Assembly (NCBI RefSeq): GCF_004353825.1
Contig: NZ_SMNA01000011.1
Span: 1 to 64,000 of the forward strand
Direction of reading: 5' to 3'
Length of the DNA: 64,000 bases
Source: Occultella glacieicola
Lineage (GTDB): Bacteria > Actinomycetota > Actinomycetes > Actinomycetales > Beutenbergiaceae
The notes under the pieces: model-generated
The model's database searches: none
What the model was told of the DNA's origin: nothing
The model's input: the letters and a program-made list of their open reading frames with translations, nothing else
Made by a program: the position numbers and the translations under genes
In this document: positions 21,064 through 29,775 of the stretch, in pieces
How positions within the stretch are numbered: position 1 is the first letter of the stretch
Layout of the letters: each line of letters begins with the position of its first letter

Positions 21064-21891
21064 ATGTGGACCCTGTCCGGATTCTCCGATGAGATCTCAC
21101 CCGACCTTCAGGTGCAGGCCTCGACCGCGAAGGACCTCGGCCTGACCCATATCGAGTTCCGCAGCGCGTGGAACACGAACGTGCTCGATCTGGATGCCGA
21201 TCAGTTGGCCGAGGCGAAGCGCATCCTGGACGACCACGGCCTCAAGGTCTCCAGCATCGGCTCCCCGATCGGCAAGATCTTCATCGACTCCGACTTCGGC
21301 CCGCACCTGGACCGGATGCGTCACGCCGCGAAGGTGGCCGAGCACTTCGGCGCCCCGTTCATCCGGATCTTCTCGTTCTACCTGCGTCCGGGCACCGACC
21401 CGGCCTCGGTGCGCGACGAGGTCATCACCCGGATCCGCGCCCTCGCCGAGGTGGCCGCCGAAGCGGGTGTGGTCCTGCTGCACGAGAACGAGAAGGAGAT
21501 CTACGGAGACATCCCGGAGCGCTGCCTCGACATCGTGGAGTCGGTCGACTCCCCCAACCTGCGCCTGGCCTGGGACTCCGCGAACTTCGTCCAGGTCGGC
21601 GTGCGTCCGTTCAGCGACGGGTACGCGATGCTGCGCCCGCACGTGGTCTACATCCAGATCAAGGACGCCCACCTCGCGAACGGCGAGGTGGTCCCGGCCG
21701 GCCGCGGCGACGGCGAGCTGCTGGACACCGTCCGCGCGCTGCGCAGCGACGGTTTCGACGGGTTCTTCTCCCTCGAGCCGCACCTGAGCCAGGCCCACAG
21801 CCTCGGCGGCTTCTCCGGTCCCGAACTGTTCACCGAGGCATGGCAGGCTTTCACCGACATGCTCAAGGCCGAAGAGATCCCCTTCGCCTGA
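21064..21891 (+). CDS. Sugar phosphate isomerase/epimerase (AP endonuclease 2-like TIM barrel)
   Basis: LLHENE, WDSANF, IQIKDA, FSLEPH metal-ligand pattern. Confidence 0.85.
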   Translation: MWTLSGFSDEISPDLQVQASTAKDLGLTHIEFRSAWNTNVLDLDADQLAEAKRILDDHGLKVSSIGSPIGKIFIDSDFGPHLDRMRHAAKVAEHFGAPFIRIFSFYLRPGTDPASVRDEVITRIRALAEVAAEAGVVLLHENEKEIYGDIPERCLDIVESVDSPNLRLAWDSANFVQVGVRPFSDGYAMLRPHVVYIQIKDAHLANGEVVPAGRGDGELLDTVRALRSDGFDGFFSLEPHLSQAHSLGGFSGPELFTEAWQAFTDMLKAEEIPFA

Positions 21892-21925
21892 GCGGCCACG
21901 CACGATCTATCGACTGGAGAAACCT

Positions 21926-22954
21926 GTGCCAACGGCGGCGGTCATCGGCTGCGGTGACATCTCGATCGTCCATCTCGAAGCCATCTCCTCACTCGGCGCG
22001 GAGCTCGTCGCCGTGGCGGACACCGACGCCGACCTCGCGCACGCGACCGGTGCCCGCCTCGGGGTCGCGGCCTTCACCGATCACCGACGCCTGCTCGCCG
22101 AGGTCCGCCCGGACGTGGTGCACGTGTGCACCCCGCACGACCAGCACGTGAACGTCGCCCTCGACGCGATCGAGGCCGGAGTGCACGTGATCACCGAGAA
22201 GCCGCTGGCGCACACGATCGCCGACGGTGAGCGACTCGTCGCCGCGGCCGAGGGAGCCCCGGTCAAGGTGGGCGTCTGCCTGCAGAACCGGTACAACGCC
22301 CCGAACGCCCGGATGAAGGAACTGCTCGACTCCGGCGAGCTCGGCGCGGTCCTGGGTGCCTCCGCCGGGGTCTACTGGCATCGGAACGCCGCCTACTACG
22401 AGGCGAAGCCGTGGCGGGGCACCTGGGCGCGCAGCGGCGGTGGCCTGCTGATCAACCAGGCCATCCACACGGTGGACCTGCTCCAGTGGCTGCTCGGCGA
22501 CGTCGAGCAGGTCCGCGGCCACGCGGCCACCCACGTGCTCGGTGACGCGATCGAGGTCGAGGACACCGCCGAGCTGATCCTGGACCACTCCGGCGGCGCC
22601 CGGTCCGTCATGTTCGCCACGAACGCGCACTCGGTGAACGCCCCGGTGTTCGTCGAGGTCCTCACCGAGCAGGCCACCCTGACCATGCGCGGCGACCTGC
22701 GGGTGCACTACACCGACGGACGCACCGAACACGTCGCCGAGCGCACCGCGACCTCGAGCGGACGGGCGTACTGGGGCCTGTCCCACGAGCTCCTGATCGG
22801 TGACTTCTACGCCAGGCTCGACGAGCCGGAGCCGTTCTGGATCTCGCCCGCCGAGGCGGCGAAGTCCCTCGCGATCCTGAAGAGCATCTACGCGCAGTCC
22901 CCTGACCTGGGCGCGCCCGCCGAGGCGGTCCCGCTGACCGCGGGCCGGCGCTGA
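21926..22954 (+). CDS. Gfo/Idh/MocA-family oxidoreductase
   Basis: AVIGCGDIS, CTPHDQH, EKP, GGGLLINQAIHTVD. Confidence 0.9.
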   Translation: MPTAAVIGCGDISIVHLEAISSLGAELVAVADTDADLAHATGARLGVAAFTDHRRLLAEVRPDVVHVCTPHDQHVNVALDAIEAGVHVITEKPLAHTIADGERLVAAAEGAPVKVGVCLQNRYNAPNARMKELLDSGELGAVLGASAGVYWHRNAAYYEAKPWRGTWARSGGGLLINQAIHTVDLLQWLLGDVEQVRGHAATHVLGDAIEVEDTAELILDHSGGARSVMFATNAHSVNAPVFVEVLTEQATLTMRGDLRVHYTDGRTEHVAERTATSSGRAYWGLSHELLIGDFYARLDEPEPFWISPAEAAKSLAILKSIYAQSPDLGAPAEAVPLTAGRR

Positions 22955-23090
22955 GGGCGACGCGGAACTGAGACGGTCGCGCCCCGGCGCGGTCCGCGTG
23001 CCACGATCTAGACCAACCGCCCACACCCTCCCCGACGCGGCGTGTCGGGCCGATCCGAACCTCACCCACACACCCGGAAGGACACCCACA

Positions 23091-24536
23091 ATGAGTTCGT
23101 CCCCCAGCGCGACCGCACAGGTCGGCGTCGTCGGACTGGCGGTCATGGGCCGCAACCTCGCGCGCAACTTCGCCAATCACGGGCACACCGTGGCCCTGTA
23201 CAACCGCACCCAGGCGCGCACCGACGACCTGATGGCGGCCCACGGCAGCGACGGCAACTTCGTGCCCGCCACCTCCGTCGAGGAGTTCGTGGCCAGCCTG
23301 GAGCGCCCGCGCCGGATCATCCTGATGGTCCAGGCCGGTGCCGGCACCGACGCCTCGATCGAGTCGCTGCTGCCCTACCTCGAGGAGGGTGACATCGTCG
23401 TCGACGGCGGCAACGCCAACTACGAGGACACCCGGGTCCGCGAGGAGAACCTGCGCGCGAAGGGTCTGCACTTCTTCGGCGTCGGCATCTCCGGCGGGGA
23501 GGAGGGCGCCCTGAACGGCCCGTCGATCATGCCGGGTGGCTCCAAGGAGGGCTACGCCCAGATCGGCCCGCTGCTGGAGGACATCTCCGCGAAGTACGAA
23601 GGCGAGCCCTGCTGCGCCTACATCGGGCCCGACGGTGCCGGCCACTTCGTCAAGATGGTGCACAACGGCATCGAGTACGCCGACATGCAGTTCATCGCCG
23701 AGGCCTACGACGTGCTGAAGGCCGCCGGCCTGGACACGAAGGCGATCTCGGACGCGTTCCGCGAGTGGAACACCGGCGACCTCGACTCGTTCCTGATCGA
23801 GATCACCTCCGAGGTGCTCGACCAGGTGGACGCGAGCACCGGCAAGGCGCTCGTCGACGTGATCAGGGACGCCGCCGGCCAGAAGGGCACCGGCCGCTGG
23901 ACGGTCCAGAACGCCCTCGAGCTCGGGGTGCCGGTGAACACCATCGCCGAGTCCGTGTTCGCCCGCTCGGTCTCCGGGCACGCGGACCTGCGGGCCGCCG
24001 GACAGGCGAGCCTGACCGGCCCGGACCAGACCTTCACGCCCGACGACGTCGCCACCCTGGTCGAGGACGTGCGCCAGGCGCTGTGGGCGTCCAAGGTGAT
24101 CGCGTACGCGCAGGGTCTCGACCTGATCCGCACCGGCAGCATCCAGTACGGCTGGGACATCGACGTGGCCGAGGTCGCGAAGATCTGGCGCGCCGGCTGC
24201 ATCATCCGGGCCCGCCTGCTCGAGCGGATCCGCTCCGAGTACGCGGCCGGGAACCTGCCGACGCTGCTCGCCGCGCCGAGCATCAGCGAGGGCCTGGCCA
24301 ACGCCCAGAAGGGCTGGCGCCGGGTGGTCGCCGACGCGACGTTGGCCGGGGTGCCGGTGCCGGGCTTCGCGAGCGCGGTGTCGTACTACGACTCGGTTCG
24401 CGCCGAGCGCCTGCCCGCGTCCCTGATCCAGGGTCTGCGGGACTTCTTCGGTGCCCACACCTATCAGCGCGTCGACGTCGACGGCACGTTCCACACCGAG
24501 TGGTCCGGCGATCGCTCGGAGACGAAGGAAGCCTGA
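23091..24536 (+). CDS. gnd: NADP-dependent 6-phosphogluconate dehydrogenase (decarboxylating)
   Basis: GLAVMGRN, ISGGEEGA, GHFVKMVHNGIEY, QKGTGRWT, WRAGCIIRA, RDFFGAHTY; ATG after AAGGA. Confidence 0.96.
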   Translation: MSSSPSATAQVGVVGLAVMGRNLARNFANHGHTVALYNRTQARTDDLMAAHGSDGNFVPATSVEEFVASLERPRRIILMVQAGAGTDASIESLLPYLEEGDIVVDGGNANYEDTRVREENLRAKGLHFFGVGISGGEEGALNGPSIMPGGSKEGYAQIGPLLEDISAKYEGEPCCAYIGPDGAGHFVKMVHNGIEYADMQFIAEAYDVLKAAGLDTKAISDAFREWNTGDLDSFLIEITSEVLDQVDASTGKALVDVIRDAAGQKGTGRWTVQNALELGVPVNTIAESVFARSVSGHADLRAAGQASLTGPDQTFTPDDVATLVEDVRQALWASKVIAYAQGLDLIRTGSIQYGWDIDVAEVAKIWRAGCIIRARLLERIRSEYAAGNLPTLLAAPSISEGLANAQKGWRRVVADATLAGVPVPGFASAVSYYDSVRAERLPASLIQGLRDFFGAHTYQRVDVDGTFHTEWSGDRSETKEA

Positions 24537-24539
24537 CCC

Positions 24540-25406
24540 ATGGGGCACGGACCCACGCTGAGCATCCTCACGCCGGGCCAGATCGAGGCCGGCGCCCAGC
24601 GGGTCCGTGCCCTCCTGGCGGGGACCGGGCCGCTCGGCGTCGCCTACTCCGGCGGCGTCGACTCCACGGTGCTGCTGGCCCTGGCGGTGCAGGCCCTCGG
24701 CCGCGAGGACGTGGTCGCGATCCTCGGCATCTCGCCGAGCCTCGCGGGCGACGAACGGACGGCGGCCCACGAGGTCGCGGACGTCATCGGTGCGCGGGTG
24801 GTCGAGGTGCACACCCACGAGGGTGAGAACCCGGACTACCAGCGCAACGACGTCGACCGCTGCTTCTTCTGCAAGGACGAGCTGTTCAACCGGATCTCGG
24901 ACGACGTGGTCGCCGAGCACGGCCTGGTCAGCGTCGCCTACGGGGAGAACGCCGACGACGCCAAGCGCCCGGACCGGCCCGGCGCGCAGGCCGCGACGAA
25001 CCACCGGGTGCTGCGCCCGCTCAGCGAGGCCGGCGTGGACAAGGCGATGGTCCGGGCGATCGCCCGGTCCCTCGGCCTGCCCAATGCGGACAAGCCCGCC
25101 GCCCCGTGCCTGGCCTCGCGGATCCCGCACCACCAGGAGGTCACCCCGGCCAAGCTGGGACAGATCGAGACCGTCGAGGCCGGCCTGCGCCGGCTCGGGT
25201 TCGCCGACTCCCGGGTGCGTCACCACGGCGAGATCGCGCGGCTGGAGCTTCTCGCCCAGGACATCCCGCGGGCCACGGAGCCGGGACTGCGCGAGCAGAT
25301 CCAGGAACTCGTGACCGGCGCCGGGTTCGCGTTCGCGGCCGTGGACCTCAAGGGGATCCAGTCCGGTGCGTTCACGATGGCGCTGGTCGAGGGCCGCGGT
25401 GCCTGA
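24540..25406 (+). CDS. larE: ATP-dependent sulfur transferase of nickel-pincer cofactor synthesis
   Basis: AYSGGVDS PP-loop, RCFFCK, DRPG, KPAAPCLASRIP, RVRHHGEIARLE. Confidence 0.9.
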   Translation: MGHGPTLSILTPGQIEAGAQRVRALLAGTGPLGVAYSGGVDSTVLLALAVQALGREDVVAILGISPSLAGDERTAAHEVADVIGARVVEVHTHEGENPDYQRNDVDRCFFCKDELFNRISDDVVAEHGLVSVAYGENADDAKRPDRPGAQAATNHRVLRPLSEAGVDKAMVRAIARSLGLPNADKPAAPCLASRIPHHQEVTPAKLGQIETVEAGLRRLGFADSRVRHHGEIARLELLAQDIPRATEPGLREQIQELVTGAGFAFAAVDLKGIQSGAFTMALVEGRGA

Positions 25407-26199
25407 GGCCTGGACTCCCCCGCCGGAGCTGAGCCGGCTCGCCGATCTGGACCACGACCGGGGCGCCCGTCGCGGCTACCCGGAGGCGGTCTACTGCGAG
25501 GGCAAGAGCGTCGAGCAGGTCCGCCTGATCGCGGCCGCCTACGCCGCCCGGCACAACCCACCGCAGCGCACCCCGGCCCGCCCCACCCCCGCCGAGAGTG
25601 CTGAAACGGCAGCCACCACCGCACTCCCACCGCAGCCCACCTCGGCCGTGCTGTTCACCCGGGCGAGCGCCGAGCACGCCGCCGCCGTCCTGGCCGAGCT
25701 GCCGGACGCCGTCGACGACCGCGAGGCGCGGCTGGTCGCGTGGCCGCCGACGCCGCCGGAACCGACCGGCGGACTCGTGGTCGTGGCCGCGGCCGGGACC
25801 TCCGACCTGTCGGTGGCTCGCGAGGCCGAGCTCACCGCCCGCTACCTGGGCCGGCGCACCGTGCTGGTCATGGACGTCGGGGTCGCCGGACTGCACCGGG
25901 TGCTGGCCCGGCTCGACCTGCTCCGCTCCGCCGCGGCGATCGTGGTGGTGGCCGGCATGGACGGTGCGCTCCCGGCCGTCGTCGCCGGCCTGGTGAGCGC
26001 CCCCGTCGTCGCGGTTCCGACGTCCGTCGGGTACGGCGCGGCGTTCTCGGGCCTGGCCCCGCTGCTGTCGATGCTGAACGCGTGCGCACCGGGTGTGGGG
26101 GTCGTCAACATCGACAACGGCTACGGCGGCGGCCACCTGGCCGCCCAGATCGCGGCCACCGCGGGGCCGGGCGACGGCACCGCAGGTGAAACTCGGTAG
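25399..26199 (+). CDS. larB: Nickel-pincer cofactor biosynthesis carboxylase/hydrolase
   Basis: DLDHDRGARRGYPEAVYCEGK, AGTSD, DVGVAGLHR, AGMDGALP, PTSVGYG, MLNACAPG, VNIDNGYGG; GTG overlaps the larE end. Confidence 0.9.
   Translation: MPEAWTPPPELSRLADLDHDRGARRGYPEAVYCEGKSVEQVRLIAAAYAARHNPPQRTPARPTPAESAETAATTALPPQPTSAVLFTRASAEHAAAVLAELPDAVDDREARLVAWPPTPPEPTGGLVVVAAAGTSDLSVAREAELTARYLGRRTVLVMDVGVAGLHRVLARLDLLRSAAAIVVVAGMDGALPAVVAGLVSAPVVAVPTSVGYGAAFSGLAPLLSMLNACAPGVGVVNIDNGYGGGHLAAQIAATAGPGDGTAGETR
25593..25633 (+). repeat. Degenerate copy of the REP-like element inside larB
   Basis: 33/41 ungapped identity to 4842-4882. Confidence 0.75.
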
Positions 26200-26257
26200 C
26201 ATGATCCGCAGCCACGCGATCCGCGGTGGCTGACCACACCCTTCCAGGATGGAGAAC

Positions 26258-26428
26258 ATGGGCGCCACCGGCGACTATGACAGTACCGACGACACCGGGT
26301 CCGGCGAGCAGCCGACGGCCTCCGATACGGAGAGTCACAGACCCTGGCCCGGACCGGACAATGACGATCCGGAGGGCCATCATCCCGGGCCTCGCGGCCC
26401 GCTGACCCGCGAGGCGGCCGTCCGATGA
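26258..26428 (+). CDS. Possible 56-aa upstream ORF coupled to the CNNM gene
   Basis: GGAG-N3-ATG at 26258, open frame to a TGA overlapping the next ATG (ATGA); low complexity, no recognisable family. Confidence 0.3.
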   Translation: MGATGDYDSTDDTGSGEQPTASDTESHRPWPGPDNDDPEGHHPGPRGPLTREAAVR

Positions 26429-27843
26429 CGGAGGTCGCACTCCTCCTGTTCGCCATGGTGCTCGTCGCGGCATGCGGTGGGTTCGTGGCCGCGGAGTTCG
26501 CGCTGGTCACCGTGCCCCGGGCCACCGTCGAACATGAGGCGGCCGCCGGGGACCGTAAGTCCCAGGGCGTCCTGACCGCCCTGCGCAGCCTGTCGACACA
26601 ACTGTCCGGAGCGCAGCTCGGGATCACCGTCACCAACCTTGGCATCGGGTTCCTCGCAGAGCCCGCCATCGCGCGCCTGGTCAGCCCGGGGCTCGAGAAC
26701 GCGGGCCTGACGGCGTCCGGGGCCTCATCGGTCGCGCTCGCGATCGCGCTGGTGCTCGCCACCTCGATCACGATGATCTTCGGCGAGCTGGTGCCGAAGA
26801 ACCTCGCGATCGCGGCTCCCCTCGCCACCGCCCGCGCCGTGGCCGGGTTCCAGCGTGGCTTCACGAAGGCGACTGCCTGGCCGATCCGGTTCTTCAACGG
26901 CACCGCGAACGCGATCCTGCGCCGCCTCGGCATCGAGCCCCAGGAGGAGCTGGCCTCGGCCCGCTCGGCCGAAGAACTCTCCGCGCTGGTGCGCCACTCC
27001 GCGAACTCCGGCACCCTCGCCGAGGACACCGCCGAGCTCGTGGAGCGCTCGCTGGCGTTCGGGGACCGCCGGGCCCGGGACGCGATGACGCCCCGGTCCC
27101 AGATGATCAGCCTGCGTCCGCAGGACAGTCTCGACGTGCTGATCACCACCGCGAAGGAGTCCGGCCACTCCCGGTTCCCGGTGATCGAGGTGATCCAGGA
27201 GAACGGGCACACCGAGATCGACGTGCTCGGCCTGGCGCACGTGCGCGGCGCCCTGGCGGTGCCGTTCGAGCAACGGGCGCACACCCCGGTGTCCACGGTG
27301 GTCACGGACGCGACGCTGGTGCCCGACTCCCTGGAGCTGGACGAGCTGCTCGACGACCTGCGCGCCGGCGGCCTGCAGATGGCCCTCCTGATCGACGAGT
27401 TCGGCTCCCTGGCCGGGCTGGTCACGCTCGAGGACCTCGTCGAGGAGATCGTCGGCGAGGTTCGCGACGAGCACGACACCGACGAGTTCGTCCCGGCCGC
27501 GGACGCGGACGGGAGCTGGCACCTGCCCGGCCTGATGCGGGTCGACGAGGCGAGCGAACGGCTCGGCGTCGAACTGCCCGAGGACGAGGCCTACGACACC
27601 CTCGGTGGGCTGGTCGCGGACGAGTTGGGCCGGCTCGCGGCCGTCGGCGACAGCATCGAGCTGGTCAGCGCGCAGGTGCCCGGCGAGGACCGGCAACGGC
27701 TCCGCGTGGACGTGCTCGAGCTCGACGGGCACCGCGTGGAGTCGGTCCGCATCGCCGTGCTCGGACCGGTCGACCCCGACGACGACGAGCCACCCTCGTC
27801 CAACCGGGGCGACCACGCGAGCGAGCGGGAGGACCACCGGTGA
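26425..27843 (+). CDS. Hemolysin-family CNNM (DUF21)-CBS-CorC protein
   Basis: FVAAEFAL, AQLGIT, FGELVPKN, GHSRFPV, IDEFG, VTLEDLVEEIVGE, YDTLGGL. Confidence 0.92.
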   Translation: MTEVALLLFAMVLVAACGGFVAAEFALVTVPRATVEHEAAAGDRKSQGVLTALRSLSTQLSGAQLGITVTNLGIGFLAEPAIARLVSPGLENAGLTASGASSVALAIALVLATSITMIFGELVPKNLAIAAPLATARAVAGFQRGFTKATAWPIRFFNGTANAILRRLGIEPQEELASARSAEELSALVRHSANSGTLAEDTAELVERSLAFGDRRARDAMTPRSQMISLRPQDSLDVLITTAKESGHSRFPVIEVIQENGHTEIDVLGLAHVRGALAVPFEQRAHTPVSTVVTDATLVPDSLELDELLDDLRAGGLQMALLIDEFGSLAGLVTLEDLVEEIVGEVRDEHDTDEFVPAADADGSWHLPGLMRVDEASERLGVELPEDEAYDTLGGLVADELGRLAAVGDSIELVSAQVPGEDRQRLRVDVLELDGHRVESVRIAVLGPVDPDDDEPPSSNRGDHASEREDHR

Positions 27844-28886
27844 GCGCCGCCGTCGGGATCCCCCTGACCCTCGCCCTGCTGGCCCTGAACGCGTTCTTCG
27901 TGGGCGCCGAGTTCGCGCTGATCTCCGCCCGCCGCACGAAGATCGAACCGCTCGCCCTCGAGGGTTCCCGCCGCGCCCGGATCACGCTGAGCGCGATGGA
28001 GCGGGTCTCGATGATGATGGCCGGTGCGCAGCTGGGCATCACGATCGCCTCGCTCGCGCTCGGGTCGATCAGCGAACCGGTCATCGCGCACCTGCTCGAG
28101 GTGCCGTTCGAGGCGATCGGCGTTCCGGACGCCCTGGTCCACCCGATCTCGTTCGCGATCGCCCTGTCCCTGGTCACCTACCTGCACGTGGTGCTCGGCG
28201 AGATGGTGCCCAAGAACATCGCCCTGGCCGGCCCGGAGCGGATGGCGATGGCGCTCGCGCCGCCGCTGACCGTCATCGTACGGGTCCTGTTCCCGCTGCT
28301 GTGGGTGCTGAACGCGCTCGCGAACCTGATCCTGCGCATGATGCGGGTGCAGCCACGCGATGAGGTGGCGAGCACGTTCACGCGGGACGAGGTCGCCTCG
28401 TTGGTCACGGAGTCCCGTTCCGGGGGGCTGATCGAGCTCAACGACGAACGCCTGCTGATGGGCGCCCTGCAGTTCTCGGACCGGGACGTGCGGTCCGTGC
28501 TGCTGCCCATGGCGACGCTGCGGACGCTGCCCGAGGGGGCCAGCCCGGCGACCGCGGAGTCGGTCTCGGTGGAGGGCTTCTCCCGGTTCCCGCTGCGCCG
28601 CCCGGACGGGTCGCTGAGCGGCTACGTGCACATCAAGGACCTCCTCGAGACCGACCCGCTGCTCCGGGAACGTCCGGTGCCGGCCGACGTGGTGCGGACC
28701 CTGCCGGACGTGCGGGCCACCGACTCGCTGCGGTCAGTGCTCGCCGCGATGCAGGGCAGCGGCGCGCATCTGGCGCAGGTCCGCGACACCGACGGCGCCC
28801 CGCTCGGCGTGGTCACGCTGGAGGACGTGCTCGAGGAACTGGTCGGCGTGATCCGGGACGACTCCCGGCGGCTGCCGGCGCGCTGA
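27840..28886 (+). CDS. Hemolysin-family CNNM-CBS protein lacking the CorC domain
   Basis: FFVGAEFAL, AQLGIT, LGEMVPKN, GFSRFP, VTLEDVLEELVG; GTGA overlap. Confidence 0.92.
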   Translation: MSAAVGIPLTLALLALNAFFVGAEFALISARRTKIEPLALEGSRRARITLSAMERVSMMMAGAQLGITIASLALGSISEPVIAHLLEVPFEAIGVPDALVHPISFAIALSLVTYLHVVLGEMVPKNIALAGPERMAMALAPPLTVIVRVLFPLLWVLNALANLILRMMRVQPRDEVASTFTRDEVASLVTESRSGGLIELNDERLLMGALQFSDRDVRSVLLPMATLRTLPEGASPATAESVSVEGFSRFPLRRPDGSLSGYVHIKDLLETDPLLRERPVPADVVRTLPDVRATDSLRSVLAAMQGSGAHLAQVRDTDGAPLGVVTLEDVLEELVGVIRDDSRRLPAR

Positions 28887-28943
28887 GGCCCGACGGCGGC
28901 CGGTCGCCTCGGGTCCGAACAGGCCCGACGGCAGCCGGTCGCC
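28886..28943. repeat. 23-bp direct repeat in a convergent intergenic region
   Basis: AGGCCCGACGGC(G/A)GCCGGTCGCC at 28886 and 28921. Confidence 0.7.
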
Positions 28944-28985
28944 CTGGCTGCGCGGGCGCGGCCCGGATCCGGGTCGCCGCGGGCG

Positions 28986-29774
28986 TCAGGCGCTGATCAC
29001 CCAGATGGCCGCGGTCGCGTCGGGGCTCAGGTCGACCGAGCCGGCCTCGATCTCGGTGTCGAGGTCCAGCTCAAGGTCGGCGATCTCCCGGAGCAGCTCC
29101 GGTTCGGCATCGCTGATCCTGGCGATGCGTACCGGTTGGCCGGGCGTGACGTCTGCCAGGCGGTGCGCCCGCGGCAGCGCCACGGTGCCGTCAGGCTGCG
29201 GGATCGGGTCCCCGTGCGGATCGCGGACCGGGTGGCCGAGCACCTCGTCCATCCTGCCGAGCAGCCGGTCCGAGACGGAATGCTCAAGCTGTTCCGCGTC
29301 GTCGTGGACCTCGTCCCAACCGTAGCCGAGCTGCAGGGCCAGGTAGGTCTCCATCAGGCGGTGCCGGCGCACCATCGCCAGCGCCACCCGGCGGCCCTGC
29401 ACCGTCAGCGTGATGCGGCGGTACGGCTTGTAGTGCACGAGTCCGGCGCCGGCCAGCCGCTGCACGTTCTCCGAGACCGTCGGCGCGCCCACACCGAGGC
29501 GGGCGGCGAGTTCGGAGGTACTGGCGCCCTCGGGACCCCACTCGCCGATGTTGTAGATGGCCTTGAGGTAGTCCTGCGTGACGTTCGAGGCCGGCAGCTC
29601 GACGTCGTCCAGGCGTAGCGAACCGCCGTGGTCGCTCCCCTCGGACCCTGGTGAGAACGAGCCCAGTGCTCCGGCCACACCCGCGTCCGGGTGTTCGCAA
29701 CGCACGCCCGATGCCAGCGTGAGGCCGGCACAGACCTGTTGCTGCGCCGTCGCCGGCTCGTTCGAGGCGACCAC
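28986..29774 (-). CDS. DtxR/MntR-family metal-dependent regulator (start uncertain)
   Basis: TQDYLKAIY, RRHRLMETYL, VHDDAEQLEH, DPHGDPIP, short FeoA-like tail; recognisable homology begins near 29600. Confidence 0.88.
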   Translation of the reverse strand: MVASNEPATAQQQVCAGLTLASGVRCEHPDAGVAGALGSFSPGSEGSDHGGSLRLDDVELPASNVTQDYLKAIYNIGEWGPEGASTSELAARLGVGAPTVSENVQRLAGAGLVHYKPYRRITLTVQGRRVALAMVRRHRLMETYLALQLGYGWDEVHDDAEQLEHSVSDRLLGRMDEVLGHPVRDPHGDPIPQPDGTVALPRAHRLADVTPGQPVRIARISDAEPELLREIADLELDLDTEIEAGSVDLSPDATAAIWVISA

Positions 29775-29775
29775 C

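Noticed and set aside
26425..28886. Hemolysin virulence genes
   Set aside because: The name is historical; the motifs are those of CNNM/CorC metal-homeostasis proteins commonly paired in actinobacteria
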